This document shows positions 1 to 13,100 of a stretch of DNA of 64,000 nt, in pieces. The stretch comes from Lingula anatina (Eukaryota > Animalia > Brachiopoda): assembly GCA_051362555.1 (NCBI GenBank), contig CM120640.1, positions 66,566,788 to 66,630,787 on the forward strand, written 5' to 3'. The notes under the pieces are model-generated. The model had not been told where the DNA came from. It searched no databases and was given only the letters and a program-made list of their open reading frames with translations. Position 1 is the stretch's first letter; each line of letters begins with the position of its first letter. Position numbers and translations under genes: made by a program.

Positions 1-2126
1 ACACTAAGTTTACAAGAAAACCTTTGACAAATACTGATTTACAAACTTCCATTTCCGAGTGTTTATCATTGATTGACGTAATTGCTTTAAAAGTCATGCT
101 GTGCTCCAAAAGGTACAGAATTTCTTCTCTTTTGAAGACTATTGAGACATTAGCCTAGATTTGTGCTAAGTTTACTTTTTTGAGAGTCCTTTTGTTTTTG
201 TTTAGTTTTTCGTTCGCCTTCTCCCATGATGTAATCAATTAACGAAATTTCTTTGTCAAAAAAGTAGCCCCGGTATTCTTTTCGCTCTCACGTCTAATTT
301 TCACCTTCATGCTAAAGTTCTGCCACATGTGTCTGGTGGAGTTTCAATGCCACAAATAATAACAAAAAAATGTTATGGCTCTCCCCTTTTTGTGAAACAT
401 CAGATGCCGGCCTAGGCTTTAAAAAACTGGTTTAAGTGTAAGACAGAATGTTTAACGCCATATGGAATGCCAGCATTAGAAGTGGCACATAGCAGTTTTC
501 AGACACTAAACATCTAAAGATCACGCAGACATCTTAATTCTCAATGCGTCATAATTACCTAACTTAGTGGATACTGCCTGTGTATCAAGATGTTAACACT
601 GCAAATATGGTGCCCGTACAAAGGATGTGACTGGGTCAAAATAAAATCCCTTGATATCAGGAAATCCCCCAAATAATCACATCCCTGTCACTAACTAGGT
701 GTCTAGTGGGGAATTATTTTCAGCTGCGTTATCTATCAACCAGTATCACTGTTCAGAGGCCGATAGCTCTCCACTGATCGTTCGCTGGAGATTACAATGA
801 GTCAAAAAGATAGATATCATAAATGCATTTGGTTAACGATCCATCGGCCCGTCTTCTGAGTCATATCCCTTGTGGTATTTCACTGCCAAAATACTTGCTT
901 ATTTCCTGGAAATCAATAGACAGTCAAGGTGAAGATGTACACTTTTATTATCGTTATCTTAGCACAAACCCCCGCCCAAAACTGTGAGGACGAAAGATAA
1001 ATACAACTGCGATTGAGACATGATTGCAATCAACAAACTCTGAATGCTCTTATCCAAAGATCGAACATAAAATGCTGCATTGTATCCTTATTGTATGCTG
1101 ATGAGAAAGTGAGATACAAATAATACAAAACTCAACGTAAGGGAAAGCATGGACATAATACTGTAAAACCTGCGAAACAATTGGGGATATAAGTCGGTGT
1201 AGAGATTGAGCCATCGAGACATATTGAGAGGTATTTGACAATTGTTTAGACAGAAAATATCATTTTAAGTTTTGAGGTTTATTTATCAGCTGTCATGGAA
1301 AAGAGGCCGCAATATGTTTCAGAACTTCTTCAAACCACATTAGCAAGGACGCATTACCAGGAATTCCACATATATAAGAATAACATGGGCAATTTAAAGA
1401 AACTTTTAAGGCCTAGGCCCTAAATTTAAAATCCGTTTACAATAATTGATACAGCAAAGTTTCATTACTTTATATCTGCCATCTTTTTTTATTCATAATT
1501 TTAGACTTTGAATGAAAAATTTATAATTTTAGCGCCTAAGCGCATTAAGATTTTATTGGCATGCGTTTTATAAGAATAAATTACCATTAATATTATAATG
1601 TTTATAGCAAATTCCGATGTCTGTTGTTCATCTAGTTTATGATGGATCAATTCAGGAACTTCCGAGCCAGTTACTCCGAAACATGTTATTTTTACACCTA
1701 AAAGTTCCTATTTGAACATACCTGATCATCAGTGACTTGCGTATTTTTCGTATTTCATTATTCCAACATTAGATTCATCAGAACTTCTGTGTTTAGTTAT
1801 ACAAACTGTAGTTAATCGAAACTGAGATCTTTCGCGTAATCATCGATTTGTTTTTCTTTGAAAATGATGCCATCAGTGGCATTTACTATGCACTTAAGCC
1901 TGCATCTGTCTGTCAGGGGGCATCTACAGCGCACCGGATTAGCTAATAGACTAACTTCAGGATGTTTTATTGCACCCGCACGCTACGTTATCCCCGACAA
2001 AACCCAGACACCACAGTTAGCACGGGGTCATTGATGGACATCGCCAGTGTCTCCGGGGTGAACCTTACCCAGGTACATGTATATAATGAAAAATTCACAT
2101 GCCACTCCTGGATGTCCCAACAGCAA

Positions 2127-2567
2127 AGCCCCCTTTTCACCGGACGGCGTCCTCTCTGCGTCCCGTAGTATGGTCCTGTTTGAGAGTGAAAAAAATAATA
2201 ATAATTTACATGCCGATAACAGGCCGATCATTGCGCATTCATTCTAACACCCCATTTCCATACATTAGATCGACCTACTTTAGATCGACCTAACTCCCTG
2301 GGGGTTCACGCTAAATAGCTGTCAGCCGGGAGGACACGAAAGTTAATTACCCCCTTAGAGCTTGTAGTAGGCGGGACGGACATTTAAGTCGGATTATCTG
2401 AAAGTAATCTAGTGAGACTCCCCGCGGGGATAGATCGATCTAAAATCTATGGGAATAGATCCTAAAACCAAAGGGATGCTTGGGCCTCCTTTTTACGACC
2501 ACAGCGATGCCAGTTTCATGGTCGCAAAAAGGACGCAGAAAGTACGCCGTCCAGTGTAAAGGGGGCT
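2127..2567. mobile_element. PIF/Harbinger-like MITE, with a nested inverted-repeat element at ~2250-2460
   Basis: TIRs agcccccttttcaccggacggcgtcc...ggacgcagaaagtacgccgtccagtgtaaagggggct, flanked by caa/taa. Same TIR family as 29008-30192. Confidence 0.7.
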
Positions 2568-3892
2568 TAAGGTACCGGTACGCATCCAACCTGAAAACGT
2601 GCCTTGTTTTATCTAGAAATGTTTGACATAGAAAGCACGATCTCCCGTTTCAGCTTCCCTTCAAACGTTAAATGTATGTATATAGAAGAGCGATTTTACT
2701 TCCACACTTGCGTAACCCTCCCACCGATAACAAAAACCTGGAGCATCAGCACTAGTATCATAACAGCATTTCCGATCAAATCTCGACTTTATTTCTTAAT
2801 ACAAAACATTTACAGCATATTTACAGCTCTGCCTCTAACGCATATCGAATTTCTACGTAGTTTGAGAACGGACACTCAATTCATCTAAGTAACATCGTTA
2901 AGCCTAGACCACATCTTTTTCACTTTTGTTATTTAATCATAAATTCCTTTCTCTGAATGTTCCGCAATTTCAGACATTTAAATTGTTTTCTACGTATCTA
3001 ATATACCATTTACATTGGATTGTTTTATCTAAAAAAAGAAAGTACAGGCTCCATGTTCTCGAAAATGCAGCGTCTCTAACCTCCCAGAAGCCTATGTTGG
3101 ATAGCTATAGGAACTAAATCTGTAACGAAAACCCTTACGTCATACCAGGAGAGTAATACTGTACAAATGGTTCTAAAATAAATATATATAAAGTTCATTA
3201 AAAGCAACACCAATTCAACAGAATACAATAACTAAATGTTCAACAATAACAAAGACATTATACTGGCCTTACCCCCGGTCAAAACACACAGGAAGCAGTG
3301 AAGGGCTAATTTAGGAAAGCAGTCTATAACGGAGGTCGAAATTTCTAGTCTGTTCCTCTTACAACGCTCTGTCTGTTCAATTTGCAGAGGCTGTTGAATA
3401 AACAGCTCCGTAGCTGTCACTTCATTTGTTTTGCAACTTAAACCCATTGAGAAAGAGCGTCGCAGGTAAAAATGTCACCTGTCACCGGACTCGGGTAAAT
3501 ATTGATCCTAGGAAGTAAGGGCCGCCAGGATTGACGGCTGTCACACACACGCAGAGATCGGAGTGTTCTACTAAGTATGATATACGTCTATTATTCTAAT
3601 ACGGGGATAGACGACCATAATACATGTCTAGGTTCAACACATTCCTTCAACATTAATTACATATTTTTGCACTTTTATTATTTTCCACCATCTTTATTTC
3701 ATTATTCATTTTCAACACATTAAACAGTTGCCATTCATTGTTTCACGCACTGACACACCTTGTTATGAACATTGTTCTTATTTATAAACACTTTTTAACA
3801 GTAACCGGTTATCACTCTCGCTGTTTCATTTGCATAATAAAGAAGGGATTTGGCATGGAGTTTTCTTTGATAAAAACATATCGACCTTCCCT

Positions 3893-4326
3893 TTATTCTT
3901 TTGACTTCTTTCTGTTTTTATCTCTATTTCTCTTTCGCCTCGCTGGTTCTTCCTTGCTTAACCTGCTGGTCGAGTCCATGCCAGCGCTAATAACGTCCAT
4001 TCCGCTTTGACAAATGTCCGATTTACGCATGGCTCTTGTGGCTTTCTTAAAATCTTGTGATTTTCTCGGCCAGGGCAGCAAATACGTGACCACCAATTTG
4101 TCCTGAATTTTCCTCCCCATAACGATGTAATTTTCCGCCTTCTTCTGTTGCTGTTTCAGGCGATCACACTTGCAGTTCGCTCCATTTTCGATGTACATGC
4201 TAAGACGTTTAAATTCTTTCTTATCTATTGGGCTGTCTCTCTTCAAAATTTTCAATTTCTTCTTGGATATCATGAGTTTGGTATCAGCATTCTTGGTGAC
4301 AGATTTGCGCATCCTCACTTTTATCA
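3893..4326 (-). CDS. SFRP: SFRP exon 3: netrin-like (NTR) domain with a basic C-terminal tail
   Basis: Acceptor tcctctttttccag at 4327-4328. Encodes VIKVRM..NGANCKC..YIVMGRK..LVVTYLLPW..FKKA.R.MRK..C. Exon lengths 496+81+434 = 1011 nt = 336 aa + stop. Confidence 0.93.
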
Positions 4327-4585
4327 CTGGAAAAAGAGGAACACGTGCTCGTAGTTATTCACATAAAATACGTTAATAAACTTACGTTTCAATAGCAGAG
4401 ACTTGCATGATCATGTCGTATTAAAAGGACAGCACATTGTTGTAAAAAGTTTTGAAAATCAACACTGTTTCATCTTTCAAAAAATGACCCACAACAGTAC
4501 AGCAGGGGAGACAAAATAATAAACATAAAATGATAAACAATAACACCCCTTCTAAAAAAAATCACATGTACTTTTACCCCTCCCA

Positions 4586-4617
<32 letters not shown>
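4586..4617. repeat. (CA)n microsatellite in SFRP intron 2
   Basis: Direct reading. Confidence 0.95.
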
Positions 4618-4622
<5 letters not shown>

Positions 4623-5137
4623 CCTCTACCAGGACCACAGAGAGATTTGTGTACTGGATATTTACAGATATTATCTGGCTAATTTTGTACACATTTTCGT
4701 ACTGTGGAAATTTTGGCAAAAGATATCAGAAATGGGGTCATCACTCAGCTGGCCTCTGGTTGAGAGTACACCAAACATCAAAGTCCGGCTCACTTCCACG
4801 TTCAAGCTTGCACATATCCCTGTAGGTTTAGGTCACTACGTCCTGAACAGGAAGAACAAGCTCACAACACGGATATCAGGCCACGTATTCTTACATTTTA
4901 GACGAGTACTGTGCGTTACTTTGAAATCCATATAAATATATCATGGGGAAATAGCATGGCCTTCTTTGCTAGATAACGAAAGTGGCATGCCATCCTTTCA
5001 CAATATTACTAGTAAAATCTGTTTTCTCATTTACTCAAAGGTCCCATCCCTATCTGCTTAGTGCAAATAAAATCTATCACCGTAGCACACAGATGATGCA
5101 GATGACGAGAAATATTGACCAATGTGAACAAATAGAT

Positions 5138-5140
5138 ACA

Positions 5141-5201
<61 letters not shown>
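5138..5201. repeat. (CA)n followed by a ~47-nt poly(A) tract
   Basis: Direct reading. Confidence 0.95.
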
Positions 5202-5203
<2 letters not shown>

Positions 5204-5940
5204 GAACAACAAGCAAGGCGATAAACCATGTAAAATACACCTGCTTGATATGAGAGATTTTGGTTTCGTGTATCAGCAGGGTTTTAGATGTGTGAGCTTT
5301 GAGCCCTGAGCAAGATATGCTTTACATAGAGGAAACTTTTCTTGCACCAGGTAGAAAGATTAAGTGGAGATAAAATAAACAGACCCAGCAGTCCGTGGCT
5401 TTTAACCCAACATGGCTTCTGGCAAAGTATCAAAGTTTGCTTTCGGCTATTTTCTGTACTCAAGTGCAGAACTACGTGATTTTAACTTTAAGTGCCAAAA
5501 TTTCCCACCCCCATGAAGACCTGGACCCCAAGCGGTCGCTGCACGCTCCTTATGCAATTTCTTTTGAAATTTAACTTGGGGTTTGTCTCTGTCCATTTCC
5601 CTCACAAAAGCCCACAGTTATTATCTCCCAATCTTCTCGTTCTCTATTGAAGTGTCACCTTTCAAGGGTTTACACCAGTGCATTACAGGAATAATTATTG
5701 CACGTCTTGAAAAGCACTATAAAAAGGTCCGATGCGGTCAAAAATTCTTCTAAAAATTTTTTTAATGTCGAGTTCAAGACCCTTGCTCATTCAACCACAG
5801 AAAACTCACACCAAATAGAGGCCTGGCTGAAACATTTTGAACAATCTTGTTATATTGTCGTGAAATTTGATGATCAAATGTGCCAGACAGGCAGCCTGGG
5901 GACATGCAGCACCCCTAATTGAAACTAATAAGGCACTTAC

Positions 5941-6021
5941 CGAACTCAGAACGGCAGAAGTTGTGAATCAGCCCCTCAAATGTGTCTGGCTGCCGACAGG
6001 CCTCGCAAACGTTATTGTCCA
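5941..6021 (-). CDS. SFRP: SFRP exon 2 (81 bp): linker and start of the NTR domain
   Basis: Read manually: tttttcattgcag|TG GAC AAT ... GAG TTC G|gtaagt, encoding (V)DNNVCEACRQPDTFEGLIHNFCRSEF(V). Its phases match exons 1 and 3. Confidence 0.93.
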
Positions 6022-7422
6022 CTGCAATGAAAAATGGCATCAGTTACTCCGCTTTGTACCAAGGTGCGAAAACATAAAAGGGGCTAATTCTAGTAAAATG
6101 AGAAGGTTGTTGCCGCATCTTTAATGGGATGATTATCACTGCACCTCCCCTTGTTGAAATTCATCCATTCATCCAGGCAGCTGAGGTAGTCTGGGTATTT
6201 ATTGCACCTCACGGCCCATCAGTGGCAACACCTTAAGGACTGACAGCAGAAGACGTGGCCTATTAGTGTCACATAAACAATGTTTTTCGAATCATTTTTG
6301 AGGCTACTAAAAGCAAAAATGCGGTGTGGTTTTTCGTTTATGGAAACAATACAAAGTGATCATAAATAATGACTTTACGCCCAGCTCAAATTCACATGAG
6401 CCGCCGTGCTAAAAGATGCAATTCCGGCATCGCGATAAATCATATCAAGTCGTGGAACTGAAAGTCTTTAAAATATTTATTTTTCCACAGCATTACCTCT
6501 TTTATGAATCGTTCTGCGTTCTTTCATCTGCCAAAATCGGTGTTAGTGGGGTCACACTCATACCCTCCACTGTTTATGTTTCTTGAATGAGGAAAATAAT
6601 TGGAAAATACACACTTACATACAGTTGTGTGGGAGTTGTGGATTTTGCTCACCGAATGTGTACAAGTACAGGTTTGGCTTAACAAACAAATTAGTGTTAA
6701 AGAGAAGTGACGTTAAGGTATTTAGATATTCAGTAATTCGTTTACGGGACTAGAATAATGAAATTTCGATCATGCTTCCCTTTTAATGGAATGAAATATT
6801 GTATAAGTGAAGATTCAATTGCAAGTAAAAAAATTCACAATTGCAATGGTATGTGGAATGAGTTGTGTTGCTCTGGCATTTTTTCTTGTTTATGTATCCA
6901 AATATATCTTCTACACTTGAATAAAACTTCCTCTCGACTTTAATGTTTTCACTACGCCGTTTGATTGAATAGCTGTCAAGGAGCAGTATGCAAAGAGACG
7001 TTGCGCTGCATACTGAATGAAGGTTGTTTATTACAGGAGTGAGAAGTAGACTGGCAAAAAAGCCACACTGGCAAAAAGGACGCAGCTAATTCGGTGCGGC
7101 ACAAGAGACGTGTAATTCTAAATTACTTCTCCTGTTATTGCTTGCAGGCACGCTCATTGTAGCATGGGAGATAAAAGTTAAAGCAATGCAGTAACAGGAG
7201 TAGCAGCACTACTACAAATTCTCAAAAATAGCTTTGCGAATGAACAATTAAAAATTAGTATATGCAAAATGTTGAAAATTACCCAAAGAATTCCGTTTTA
7301 ATCATGCAAAACTATTACAAAATGCTTTAAACAACACAATGGACTGAGAAAGCTAGGCCATAAACCTATTCGAAGTTTAGACAGAAGAGAATTACAATAA
7401 TATGGTATCTATTTTTTTTTAC

Positions 7423-7918
7423 CTTGTTGCTTTTTATTTTGCGTCGTAATACACAGATCGTTGTCCAAAGGGAACTTGTCACAGCGCACCATCTCAGGCC
7501 AATGAAAGCCGTGAGTTAACATACTCTCCGCACAGCCCTTTTTCACAGCCTCACACAGGGAACGACACGGCCAGATCGGTCGGTCCAGACAGACGGGTGA
7601 AAACAAGGAGCACAGGAATAATTTGGTGTCGGGATGACACTGAATCCCCAAGAGTGGCACCCAGGAACCTGCCTGCTGCTTCACCTCAGACAACGTATCG
7701 TGGTCCAGAAGATTGGGCAGTCGCATCTGGCTGTAACCTATGTTCTGACACAGGGAAAGATTCTGCGGAATGTCGATGCATTTTGGTTGATGTGCTCTCC
7801 CACTCAGAAAGGCCCACTCCGTGCCCCAATCGTTGAGTGGTGGTGCTGAGAAAACTGGACCCGTTAAGGAGAAAACCATCAGAAAAATAACACACAATGC
7901 ACCTTGTTGTATCTCCAT
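7423..7918 (-). CDS. SFRP: Secreted frizzled-related protein (SFRP1/2/5 type), exon 1: signal peptide + Frizzled cysteine-rich domain
   Basis: ORF 7409..7918 has a hydrophobic N-terminus and a 10-Cys CRD (CIDIP..LC.NIGY..MRLPNLLDH..CHPDTKLFLCSLFSPVCLDRPIWPCRSLCEAVK.GC..WPEMVRCDKFP.DNDLC). Phase-1 donor G|gtaaa at 7423/7422. Confidence 0.95.
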
Positions 7919-8084
7919 ATTGTCCGTGATTGTAGTAAGCTCCCGGTTTTACAAGTCCAGCGTTCAGCTACAAATCCATTGATGAAATTCCCGGACTGTG
8001 TTTGGTATAGTTCCCCACCAGTCGCAGACTTCTGATGTATCTGTTCTGAAGCGAGCTTTTGCTCTCACTACCTAAGGGCGACGC

Positions 8085-8155
8085 AAGCTTTTAATTCCTC
8101 CAATCCGCGCCGCGGCTTGTAGCTGTCAATCAAACGCTGAGAAGTCAATCACAGC
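8085..8155 (-). promoter_or_regulatory. Putative SFRP proximal promoter: TATA-like ATTAAAA, CCAAT box and PBX-MEIS decamer TGATTGACAG (8123-8132)
   Basis: Motif matches 170-240 bp upstream of the ATG, with a second TGATTGAC at ~8144-8151. No functional evidence. Confidence 0.4.
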
Positions 8156-9619
8156 CCGCACAGACGTCTAGTAGAGTTTACGCGATTAGCCGGAGTGGAA
8201 AATCATCGATCACGTTTACTCAACAAACAATGGTTTAGCTACCTCTGTGACCGAACCCGTAACCTCGATTGAGCCAGGTAAAAGTACAGGTTAAAAAGAC
8301 ATTATCGTGGGAGATGTCTTTAAAACAGAGACGGCGATTAAAACTCGTAGGAAAAAGATGAGCTGCTAAACGCATCCAAGAAGTTATAATGAGAAGGAGT
8401 AGAAACAAGGGGTTTCCTTTCATCTTATCCTCGTAACGGGCTTAATCCTAATAATTACGCAGCTTGTGGTCTGAGGGAGAGCTTGTGCCTAATACATATT
8501 CATAAGACCATTCACGTGGGTTGCTTCAGCCAATTGGGATAAAGCCTCGCGAAGTCTCTAATAATCTCACAGAGAAAACATGGTGGGATTACAGAAAGGT
8601 GTAGAGAGAGATTTCAAGCCTGGAAGCAACCATTTCGGGAAATAAAACTCAAATCATACGAGATACACCTTCATTTGATCTAGAGCCGATCAGTCATACA
8701 AAAATTAGTTTCACATCAAGAATGTATGAGAACAATTTCACAAACCCACCTTCAACCTAAAATTTGCACCTGTAGAAGTCTCATATTTATTTTAAATTAT
8801 TTTTGTCGTGTAAAGGCGTGTAAAGGAAATTTACCTTCATCTAGGAATGACACATTCAATTCACAGCCGTGTACACAAAACAGTAGTATTTGCAATTTCC
8901 GTATGCCAGCCTCGTTTCTTTCTTTTTTGGCACATTATTGCTTATATACCAGGTAAAGCTTAAACAGAAAAATTGGGGAAATGAAAAGTTATTGCACTTA
9001 GTACGATTCTAAATAAAATTTCATTAATACATATTTTTGTTTATATCTTTGTCTATTACATGAGGCCAACTAATAATAGACTGATAGTTTAAATTCATTA
9101 GAAGAAAAAAATCAAAGAAATATTTTTATTGATTGATATTGCTTTATTTCAACATTCGAGCAACTTGTATAATATCTAAAACAAAGTACCAGCAATGAAA
9201 ATATATCAATATTGTTACACCCAACAGTGATTAAAGCAATACAAAAATGGTTAGTTTTTATTTTGATGTGGTGATTATTTTATTTTATACTTTAGACAAT
9301 TAGCCAGTGAACACAAAATTCCCTTTTAAAACTTGGACCACTAAATTCCCTTTTAAAACTTGCACCTCTTGTGCACTATAGTTTAATATTAGTGGTGGTA
9401 AGAAAACAGAGCCTTGTGCCTCATCAAGTTGCTGCTGGAAACAATCATTTTGCCAGCAAAACTAAAGATCTTTCACCTGCATTCTCTTCAACCTGAAAAT
9501 AGTAAGTGCGGAATTCATTACAAAATATAACTCTATATCCTAAACGAAACTCTGCAAACATCATATTGCAAAAAAAAATTGAAAAAAATTCCGAGAGTTC
9601 CCTGTCATCAAATTTTGGA

Positions 9620-10172
9620 TCCACCATTTTGAAAAAGTCCCATGAAAAGTTGTTTATTTTTCATCTAAAGGATTGATTCATTTAATACCAAAGTGAAGTA
9701 TTGTAATGATGCACGTCCTTAACTAACCAGAAAAACATAAATTATCTGCATACACCACGTTAAAATTACCAAAAATTGTCCCAAACTGTCACCCAACTGT
9801 CTCTAACCAATTTAGGGACCCGCCATTTTGAAAAAGTCGGATGAAAAGTTGTCTATTTGAAACGATGTTTTTCATCTAAAGGATTGACTCATTTAATATC
9901 ACAATGATGTATCGTAATGGTGCACGTGCTTAACTAACCAGAAAAACATAAATTATATGCATACATCACGTTAAAATGACCAAAAATTGTCCCAAACTGT
10001 CACCCAACTGTCTCTTGTGACCCGCCATTTTGAAAAAGTCCGATGAAAAGTTGTCTATTTGAAACGATGTTTTTCATCTAAAGGATTGATTCATTTAATA
10101 CCAAAGTGATGTATTGCAATGATGCACGTGCTTAACTAACCAGAAAAACATAAATTATGTGCATTCATCACG
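9620..10172. repeat. Tandem repeat, ~200-bp unit, ~3 copies
   Basis: ccgccattttgaaaaagtc..tgaaaagttgt..catctaaaggattga..cttaactaaccagaaaaacataaattat recurs at ~9621, ~9820 and ~10021. Confidence 0.85.
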
Positions 10173-13100
10173 CACTTAAGAAGAAAAAAGTCCTAAACAT
10201 GGAGGTCCCGCTGAATCGGCCTCAGATCTTCGAGCTAACGCTGCTTTCTGCACTGACAAATTTGACTGACAGCCACCGTATGAACATAAAACAATGCTCA
10301 AAGCAGATTATCAACTCTCACTCACCTTTATATCGCTCGACTTGGCGTTTTTCTAAGTATAACTTCCAAATATTCGCATTAAACATGAATAACTCAAGAC
10401 GTATACGCACTGGTTCAGCTTCTCCGTCTTGAGTCACGCGGAGGCGAGCGGAGGATTAGACCAGTTACGAGGATCGAATTTCAAAGGACGCCGCTTTGAA
10501 AAGAATGCTGCGATCTGATTGGACGAGAGAGATAATTGATGTCCCGTTTCTACTCCTTCTCATTATAACTTCTTGACGCATCTAAGTCAACAGTTCAGTG
10601 AAAGGTGCCGTTTAAACGTCTACAGCGTACTTCCTCAGGTAGACTTCTATCACCTATCCCCTTTATGAAAATAGACTGAACTTGTATACACGGGGTCAAT
10701 AATCCTAAAACCTCACAAATAAAACTACTGCCAATTTCCACAATACCCACTGAGGTGCGTTAGCCGTAATTTAGTAGAACATAAACAATACGTGATCCAT
10801 TCTTGAGATAAAGAATAAAGAACACGGAAACATGCCAGAGCTGTGTCAGTAAGTAACTCAGGGTTTGTAACCATACAAGCAGACGTGTCTTGAATACATG
10901 ACTTGAACAAATGGATTGGTTTGGCGATGTTTGTAGCGTAGATTAATTACCTTAATGATTTAATGTATGAGGACACGAAACAACACAGGGCGTGCTTTGA
11001 GAAAGGGAAAATAAATTCTTTCACTCGCAAGAGATTTCCTTTTTGTCTGCGTCTTAAAACAATTTTCGTTCTACGTATTTAACTGACCGCAGTTCATCAA
11101 ATCCCAAGGTGTATTTTTTTACTTAGATTTTACATGTAAATCTAGGTTATCGCCGTGAGAAGCACTCGTCTCGTCCCAGTAGTACACGTCAGACACAGCA
11201 GATGGTGATCATCATGCCACTCACCCAGGTGTTCAACACAGTTCTGCCATCCAGAACTGATAATTATCAATGACACTAATTGAGAGTCGAATGATACTAA
11301 ACAAGGTAGTCAGCCATGTAGCCAGGCTATTCCACACTTGACTATGTTCCACTCAGTGCTTTTCAACTACATGACGATCGCCGCGAACTTCGCGTAAGTT
11401 GGGGATTACACACATACATCCCTCTGTTGTTTGTCATTTTTTGAACAGATGGTTTGTAGCAAGCGTTTCCCCGTGGCAGTCATCTTCTCTGAGTTTACAT
11501 AACTCGACTCCCTGGTTGAAATACGAAATGTCAAATTGAACATAAGACCAGAAGTTGTTTGAGTCCTTCAAAAACGGGTTTGATGTGTGTTTTACGTAAA
11601 CTGTATACTTTAGGTGAATAAAGCTCTGGCTGACGTTAGACTTTATAGCTGACAAGTAATAACAAAAAGCGATTACAACCGATTAAGGAGAAACCGATTG
11701 CGAGTTCATATTTTGTCTGCTAAATTAATGAGACCACGGACGACAAATACTAAAACATACTCAGAACGAAGAGGGGCCAGGTAATTTTTTCCACTTTGCA
11801 AGTATGTTACATTTTCATATATCACAATCAATAGATCTGTTATCCAGAATTTATTACATACATCTTATTCTATGTATGACTATATATGAGCGACATATTA
11901 ATACTACAGTATCACCAACTTGTCTCGTTGAAATGATAAAGACATTTTTGCCCTCCTTTGAGTGAATCATTATTACATCTAAATTCTTATATCATGGTTA
12001 GGCCTATGGTGCACAGGTACATACGCATAAAGACGGTTACTCATTCTGCCTTTGCGGTCAAATTTACACAGGTCTATGAAGTATGTACATTAATTAAAAA
12101 AGTTTGACAGCACACGCAAGGTACCGCTCCTTTGTATCCTGGTACTTTTTACTTATCGACAATTTTTTCTTTTGCTAAATTCTAAAGAAATTATGTTAGT
12201 TTTTACACGGTAGACCACGACTATGGATTTCTTTTCTCGTTCGTTCTTTTTATGAGGTTTCAACTTCAACCTATTTTGCTGAATCTTGGATCCTTGGATG
12301 ATGGTTTATTCTTCATTGCATTTATATAAGACTATGACTAGCGGAGGACTCAACCTTTTTTCTGAATGACATCGATATTAATATCAGACGAATATGTTTT
12401 ATCATAGCTGCAACGGGTCTGGCAATATATCATTTGACAAAGAATACACCCTAGGCTCTTTGCTAGCTGATGTGTTCTCATCGAACCATGTGTCCCAAGA
12501 CATGCACTTAAAACTGAACCCCGCTCAAGAAACCAGTGGAATCAAATATCCTTCTTGTTCAGTTAATTTTGGCAGGATCAAATATTCATGATTTATTGAA
12601 AAGCTCAGAGTTGAGAAGCTCGCGTTTTTGTTCCCTGGCCTCTTCTTTTTCGGCGTTTGCGTCAGGTTTCACAAAGAGCTGCAATTTGTTGACAATGACA
12701 GCTGATTCGGTTTCTCACGGATGAATATGGTGAAATTTTAGAACACTTAAGTTCGTTGTTAAAAAGATATACGAACACTAAAGCTATTAATCCCTCCATC
12801 TTAACCGAAGAAACGCTTGCGTTTTATCCGAAGCAAAATAATCAGTTGGTGGGGATTAGGCTGCGTGAGGGAATCTTTATCGTCGAGCTTTGGTTTACAA
12901 GGCGCTAACAGATAGCAAAACCTCACACACAGTGCCAAACTCAGTATTCAAATATATTCTCTTTCATTTTCTTTCTCTCTCTATTCTTCAGTGCATCGTT
13001 TGGAGAATCGTAAAAGATCGAAGGAGTGCGATTAGGAACGAAGTTGGTCCGATCTTACCATGGGGGCCAAATAAGAGTATTAGAACACGAGTTCTAGGAA

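Noticed and set aside
4982-5240. Poly-K and poly-F ORFs
   Set aside because: Artefacts of the poly(A) tract in an intron.
7597-7895. Alternative-frame and antisense ORFs over SFRP exon 1
   Set aside because: Shadows of the real CDS with no recognisable motifs.
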